Below are positions 48,123 through 51,434 of a stretch of DNA of 51,434 nt, piece after piece; the stretch's first letter is position 1; the number at the start of each line of letters is the position of its first letter. Origin of the DNA: a bacterium (GTDB taxonomy: Bacteria; Zixibacteria; MSB-5A5; GN15; FEB-12). The notes beneath the pieces are model-generated. The model ran no database searches and was not told where the DNA came from. It saw nothing but the letters and a program-made list of their open reading frames with translations. Both the position numbers and the translations under genes were made by a program. The stretch is taken from contig JARGFS010000003.1 in the NCBI GenBank assembly GCA_029211095.1, positions 1 to 51,434 of the forward strand, written 5' to 3'.

Positions 48123-48151
48123 AAAGGAGCAGCCAGTTTCCTGACTACTCC
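48123..48151 (-). terminator. Intrinsic terminator downstream of relic gene
   Basis: Minus strand GGAGTAGTCAG-GAAA-CTGGCTGCTCC-TTTG. Confidence 0.65.
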
Positions 48152-48202
48152 CGATTGTAAGTGGCCGCCATACCACCAACTATCCGTTGCCGGATTGATG
48201 CT

Positions 48203-48343
48203 TTACAAGCAGTCTTGCGGAATAGGTCCGCTGTTAAAAAGGTACTCAACCAGATAGGTCAGATCGGCGATATTGGTTTGGGTATCAGTATCCAGATCGG
48301 CTTCTTCGACACAAGTGGGCGGGGGACCGCTCTGGAAGAGGTA
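48203..48343 (-). pseudogene. 3' relic of a gene with the dockerin-like C-terminal domain
   Basis: YLFQSGPPPTCVEEADLDTDTQTNIADLTYLVEYLFNSGPIPQDCL*, homologous to both M6 tails; no upstream body. Confidence 0.75.
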
Positions 48344-48469
48344 GACCGGGTTGACGAAGCATCCCGGCTCTATGCGGAGTTCCTGCATCTCTGGCGCGAA
48401 GGAGACCAGGATATTCCGGAACTCAAAGATGCCGCTATCAGGCTGGACCGTCTGAGACACTCCCCCTGA
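48344..48469 (+). pseudogene. 3' relic of a TPR-containing protein gene
   Basis: DRVDEASRLYAEFLHLWREGDQDIPELKDAAIRLDRL resembles the terminal TPR cap of Ser/Thr kinase-TPR proteins; no credible start. Confidence 0.6.
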
Positions 48470-48540
48470 TTGGTCGCCAACCGGTTCCGGGCCGATTTTC
48501 GGAGCTGACAATTCAATTTCTCGGAAACATTTTCTACTTG

Positions 48541-48585
48541 GCCGGTGTAGTTATATATGCTTATTGTTATAAGTATATGACCGGC
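48541..48585. promoter_or_regulatory. Palindromic ArsR-type operator
   Basis: ATATGCTTAT-TGTT-ATAAGTATAT (1 mismatch), flanked by GCCGGT/ACCGGC. Confidence 0.65.
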
Positions 48586-48617
48586 GAGAGACTGTAACTG
48601 GATCTGGGAGAAGATCG

Positions 48618-48923
48618 ATGGATCAGAAAGCATACAGCAAGTATTTCAAAGCATTTGGCGACCCCACCCGCCTCAAGATTCTCTGGCTGCTATCTTCAAA
48701 GCCGCTGAATGTCAATGAGATAACAGCAGAAATCGGACTCTCGCAACCGACTATCAGTCGTCACCTGGCTATTCTCAGGGACGTGGGTGCTGTCAATGAC
48801 AAGCGTGAAGGGCAACAGGTTTTTTACAGTCTCAACCACTCTTCGGTTCAGAATTGCTGCTCAGGATTCTGTGATTGTCTCTCAATTCCGGTGGTGATTC
48901 CTACAAAAAAGGAAGAAAAGTAA
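48618..48923 (+). CDS. ArsR/SmtB-family metalloregulator with C-terminal Cys cluster
   Basis: FKAFGDPTRLKIL, LSQPTISRHL..LR, REGQQVFYSL, tail CCSGFCDC. Confidence 0.93.
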   Translation: MDQKAYSKYFKAFGDPTRLKILWLLSSKPLNVNEITAEIGLSQPTISRHLAILRDVGAVNDKREGQQVFYSLNHSSVQNCCSGFCDCLSIPVVIPTKKEEK

Positions 48924-48945
48924 AAAAATTTGGGAACAAATATTG

Positions 48946-48968
48946 ATATATAGCCATATACTTATATG
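48946..48968. promoter_or_regulatory. Second ArsR operator-like site
   Basis: ATATAG-CCATATAC-TTATAT; contains CATATACTTATA (48955-48966), identical to the reverse complement of 48568-48579. Confidence 0.6.
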
Positions 48969-48993
48969 AACATTTAACTGAAAGGAATTTGAA

Positions 48994-49167
48994 ATGGAAA
49001 AAGAAGTGGGATTCATTCGAGTCACGGAAACCCCCAAGGGGATGCGCTTTGAGGTCGAAGGTGACTATTTCAAAGGGCAGAAGTCCAATTGCTGCTGCCT
49101 GCCGGTTTTTGCCTGCACTTGCAAGTGCGACCCTGACTGCTGTACCGAGGAATCTTCCGGGAAGTAG
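48994..49167 (+). CDS. 57-aa Cys-rich metallothionein-like protein (not in ORF track)
   Basis: AAAGGA SD 7 nt upstream; MEKEVGFIRVTETPKGMRFEVEGDYFKGQKSNCCCLPVFACTCKCDPDCCTEESSGK*. Confidence 0.75.
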   Translation: MEKEVGFIRVTETPKGMRFEVEGDYFKGQKSNCCCLPVFACTCKCDPDCCTEESSGK

Positions 49168-49208
49168 CGGTCAACTGAAATCAGAACCCATTTGTTAAGG
49201 AGAGAGTT

Positions 49209-49259
49209 ATGAGACGTTTTTCGATCCCCAGAGTAGCTCATTGCTGCTCAGGTAGTTAG
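49209..49259 (+). CDS. 16-aa His-Cys-Cys micropeptide
   Basis: AAGGAG SD 6 nt upstream; MRRFSIPRVAHCCSGS*. Confidence 0.45.
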   Translation: MRRFSIPRVAHCCSGS

Positions 49260-49301
49260 GTCAGGTCCTGGGCAGGACCTAAAACCGCTCGCCCAACTTG
49301 A

Positions 49302-49338
49302 GGGCCAGAGGGCAGGATAGCTCTCTGGCCTCTCTTTA
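49302..49338 (+). terminator. Probable terminator of arsR micro-operon
   Basis: GGCCAGAG...CTCTGGCC stem followed by TCTCTTT; a REP-like hairpin (TAGGTCAGGTCCTGGGCAGGACCT) precedes it at 49257-49280. Confidence 0.5.
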
Positions 49339-49479
49339 TACCGGAGAAAACCGACCTCAATCGTGGACGATAAATCTCCATTATTTTTCGAAGCGCGGGA
49401 ACCTGTTCTCCAACAATCCGGTTAAGACGTGTACTGACAACGGATAATGCCGACTAACTTGATTACTTTGGGTTTGATT

Positions 49480-49773
49480 ATGACAGAACAGGAGATCAAA
49501 GAACAACTGCAAAACTTCCCTTACCTTCGGAAGTACCTCTCAGAAATACCATCCAACTGCTGGTCACTTCTGGTTCCGAACTCAGTTACGAAGTTCAAAG
49601 AATTTGAATACACTATTCGTGAGTGTTGGGCCGAAGGAGAAATCCGTGACAGCGTTATGTCGGTCCAGAATCGATTCGGCCTTCCGCTAAGGCCAAACCT
49701 CAGTATTCGTGAGACACTTCAGCGGCTGAGAATCAGGAAACTGAAGTCCCGCCGCCAGCCCGGTCGTAGATAG
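49480..49773 (+). CDS. Hypothetical protein
   Basis: Open frame 49447/49480-49773 in an otherwise empty gap; no recognisable motif. Confidence 0.45.
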   Translation: MTEQEIKEQLQNFPYLRKYLSEIPSNCWSLLVPNSVTKFKEFEYTIRECWAEGEIRDSVMSVQNRFGLPLRPNLSIRETLQRLRIRKLKSRRQPGRR

Positions 49774-49818
49774 AATACCGTTGACTTCCAGAGGGCCAGC
49801 GATAATACTTCGCTCGCT

Positions 49819-50580
49819 ATGCGCCACCCGATAGAATACAGAATCGTTACCGCTGCGGAATCGCCCGAACTGGTGTTGGAAGCGAATGCGAAAATTGGCC
49901 ATGAGTGGCCGGAATTTATGCTGCACGATCCGGTTGCGGAACTTTTTGAACGCCTCTATCGGGATCTGCCGGATTATCAGTTTGTGATGATTGAAGAGCC
50001 AAGCGGCAAAACTGTTGCGGTCGGAAACTCGGTGCCTCTGTCCTACAACGAAGAGATTGAGGATCTACCGGAGGATGGCTGGGATTGGGCGATGAAAAAG
50101 AGCTTTGCCGATCTGGACGCCGGGGCAACTCCCAACATGCAGTGCGCCATTCAGATTGTAGTTTTTGGTGGAAACCGGGGGAAGGGGATGAGTCGCCAGG
50201 CGGTAGCGTCAATGAAAGAATTAGGTCGCTTGAGCTGTCCCCGCGGAATGGTAGCCCCCGTTCGTCCCAACCATAAACCGAATTATCCGCTCATCTCAAT
50301 TGACGATTATATCACTTGGAAGCGGGAGGATGGTCAGCCGTTTGATCCCTGGCTTCGGGTCCATTACAGTCTGGGCGCGGAGATTATCAAGCCGTGCCAT
50401 ACGGCTATGCAAATCTCTGGTACGGTAAGCGAATGGCAGGACTGGACCGGGATACACTTTTTGCAAAGTGGTGACTATGTTATCCCCGGGGCATTGACCC
50501 CGGTTACGTTTGATGTTCGTGCCGATGTTGGCCTATACATTGAGCCCAATGTCTGGATGTTCCACCCTCCTTTGAGATAG
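49819..50580 (+). CDS. GNAT-fold N-acetyltransferase-like protein
   Basis: WPEFMLHD, LP..GWD, RGKGMS acetyl-CoA motif, APVRP..K..YP, DPWLRVH...G, Y.EPNVW. Confidence 0.85.
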   Translation: MRHPIEYRIVTAAESPELVLEANAKIGHEWPEFMLHDPVAELFERLYRDLPDYQFVMIEEPSGKTVAVGNSVPLSYNEEIEDLPEDGWDWAMKKSFADLDAGATPNMQCAIQIVVFGGNRGKGMSRQAVASMKELGRLSCPRGMVAPVRPNHKPNYPLISIDDYITWKREDGQPFDPWLRVHYSLGAEIIKPCHTAMQISGTVSEWQDWTGIHFLQSGDYVIPGALTPVTFDVRADVGLYIEPNVWMFHPPLR

Positions 50581-50593
50581 CAGGGCCAATCCG

Positions 50594-51070
50594 ATGCCAG
50601 TACATCCCAATCTGAAATTCGTACCTTATGACCGGGAGAACTGGGAAGCCGGGATGAAACTCACTATCCACCCGGAGCAGCAGCAGTTTGCCCAACGGCG
50701 GCGGAGTCATTGGCAGCTGCCTATATCAAACCGTGGGATGAAAAGCTTGATCCATACCTGATCTACGATGGAGATAAGATCGTCGGATCGTTCTACCTGT
50801 CCTACACTCCTTCCTCATCCGATGACTACCGGCTGGGCGGATTTTATCATAGACAAAAACTACCAGCGACTCGGTTATGGAAGAGCGGCTCTGCTCAAGA
50901 TGCTTTCATTTGTGCCCTACCGGCACGACAGTTGTCAGGTAATTCAGCTGACCGTGGAAAAAGAGAATACGATTACACAAAGGTTGTATAAGAGCCTCGG
51001 GTTTAGTGACAGTGGCCGGGTCAATAAATATGGCGAGATTGTGTACCGGCTTCCGATCAGCAGGGGTTAA
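50594..51070 (+). pseudogene. Spermine/spermidine N-acetyltransferase-like GNAT split by two frameshifts
   Basis: MPVHPNLKFVPYDRENWEAGMKLTIHPEQQQF / shift ~50690 / PTAAESLAAAYIKP..DDYRLGGF / shift ~50843 / IIDKNYQRLGYGR..LTVEKEN..LYKSLGF. Confidence 0.8.
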
Positions 51071-51168
51071 TGCAGAATTATCCGTTCAATCTGTCTCCAC
51101 GATTCGCCAAGGCACGATTATCAGATTATGTCAAGAGTGATTTTGTACGTAGATATTTGGAAAATGGC

Positions 51169-51200
51169 AAAAAAAAACCCGCCGAGTGGCGGGTTTGTTT
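51169..51200. terminator. Bidirectional intrinsic terminator
   Basis: A-run-AAACCCGCC-GAGT-GGCGGGTTT-GTTT. Confidence 0.85.
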
Positions 51201-51215
51201 GTTGGAAGCTAATCT

Positions 51216-51434
51216 CTATTTATTCCCAAGAGGCATTTGGGCCCCGACAATCACCTGGATGAGATTTACACCCGGGTCGGACATGACCATGTGAAAGCGT
51301 GGCTGGACGAAGATGCCAACTTTTGGTGATACCATGGTGCGGTATGAGAATCCGGCAAAAAAGCCCATATCGCTCCAGCCGCCGTAGTTTCCTACACCAG
51401 CGGTTAGAAACATCGCCGCTTTGTCTTCGGTGTA
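51216..51434 (-). CDS. C-terminus of a probable outer-membrane beta-barrel protein (5' end beyond window)
   Basis: Frame open to the window edge; alternating strands FLTAGVG, GFFAGFSY, GIFVQPRFH, IQVIVGAQMPL. Confidence 0.7.
   Translation of the reverse strand, partial: YTEDKAAMFLTAGVGNYGGWSDMGFFAGFSYRTMVSPKVGIFVQPRFHMVMSDPGVNLIQVIVGAQMPLGNK

Noticed and set aside
48161-48511. Two 102-aa ORFs as intact genes
   Set aside because: Each is half antisense of the other relic; interpreted as a deletion scar
48989-49198. 69-aa ORF in the track downstream of arsR
   Set aside because: TTG start too close to the SD; the alternative frame 48994-49167 has proper SD spacing and a coherent Cys-rich product
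49398-49423. GGAAC-N17-GGTT ECF-like promoter before the 49480 ORF
   Set aside because: Single short match that differs from the local ECF motif; could be chance

Overview
51.4 kb of diderm bacterial chromosome. The C-terminal 'CC..RG(D/N)..DISDLTYLV(D/E)YLF..GP.P..C' modules and the PorV-like/NYPNPF pair suggest an FCB-group organism, probably candidate division Zixibacteria (inference). Left to right: end of a MacAB-type ABC exporter operon; a REP-rich intergenic region with a 5x18-bp tandem repeat; a vWA protein; an M6 metalloprotease; an MscS channel; queF divergent from queC-queE-queD and an M1 peptidase; dus, thrC and a DUF885 gene; a translationally coupled 16-kb operon; a second M6 protease; a dead/active M14 carboxypeptidase pair; an RND pump; an ECF sigma/anti-sigma/DUF1573 operon; a two-gene deletion scar; an ArsR gene followed by two unannotated Cys-rich small ORFs; and GNAT genes, one doubly frameshifted. 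The 16-kb operon encodes a ~3100-aa surface protein with a T9SS-like CTD, a PorV-like barrel-TPR fusion, a membrane HAMP-PP2C, a STAS-RsbW fusion, a STAS protein and a GAF/PAS histidine kinase. The best novel-system candidates are (i) that operon, read as trans-envelope signalling from a secreted giant protein to a partner switch, with sigma-28-like promoters, and (ii) the ArsR-controlled metallothionein-like micro-operon missed by the ORF track. No rRNA, tRNA, CRISPR array or transposase was seen. All calls are by eye; no database searches were run.
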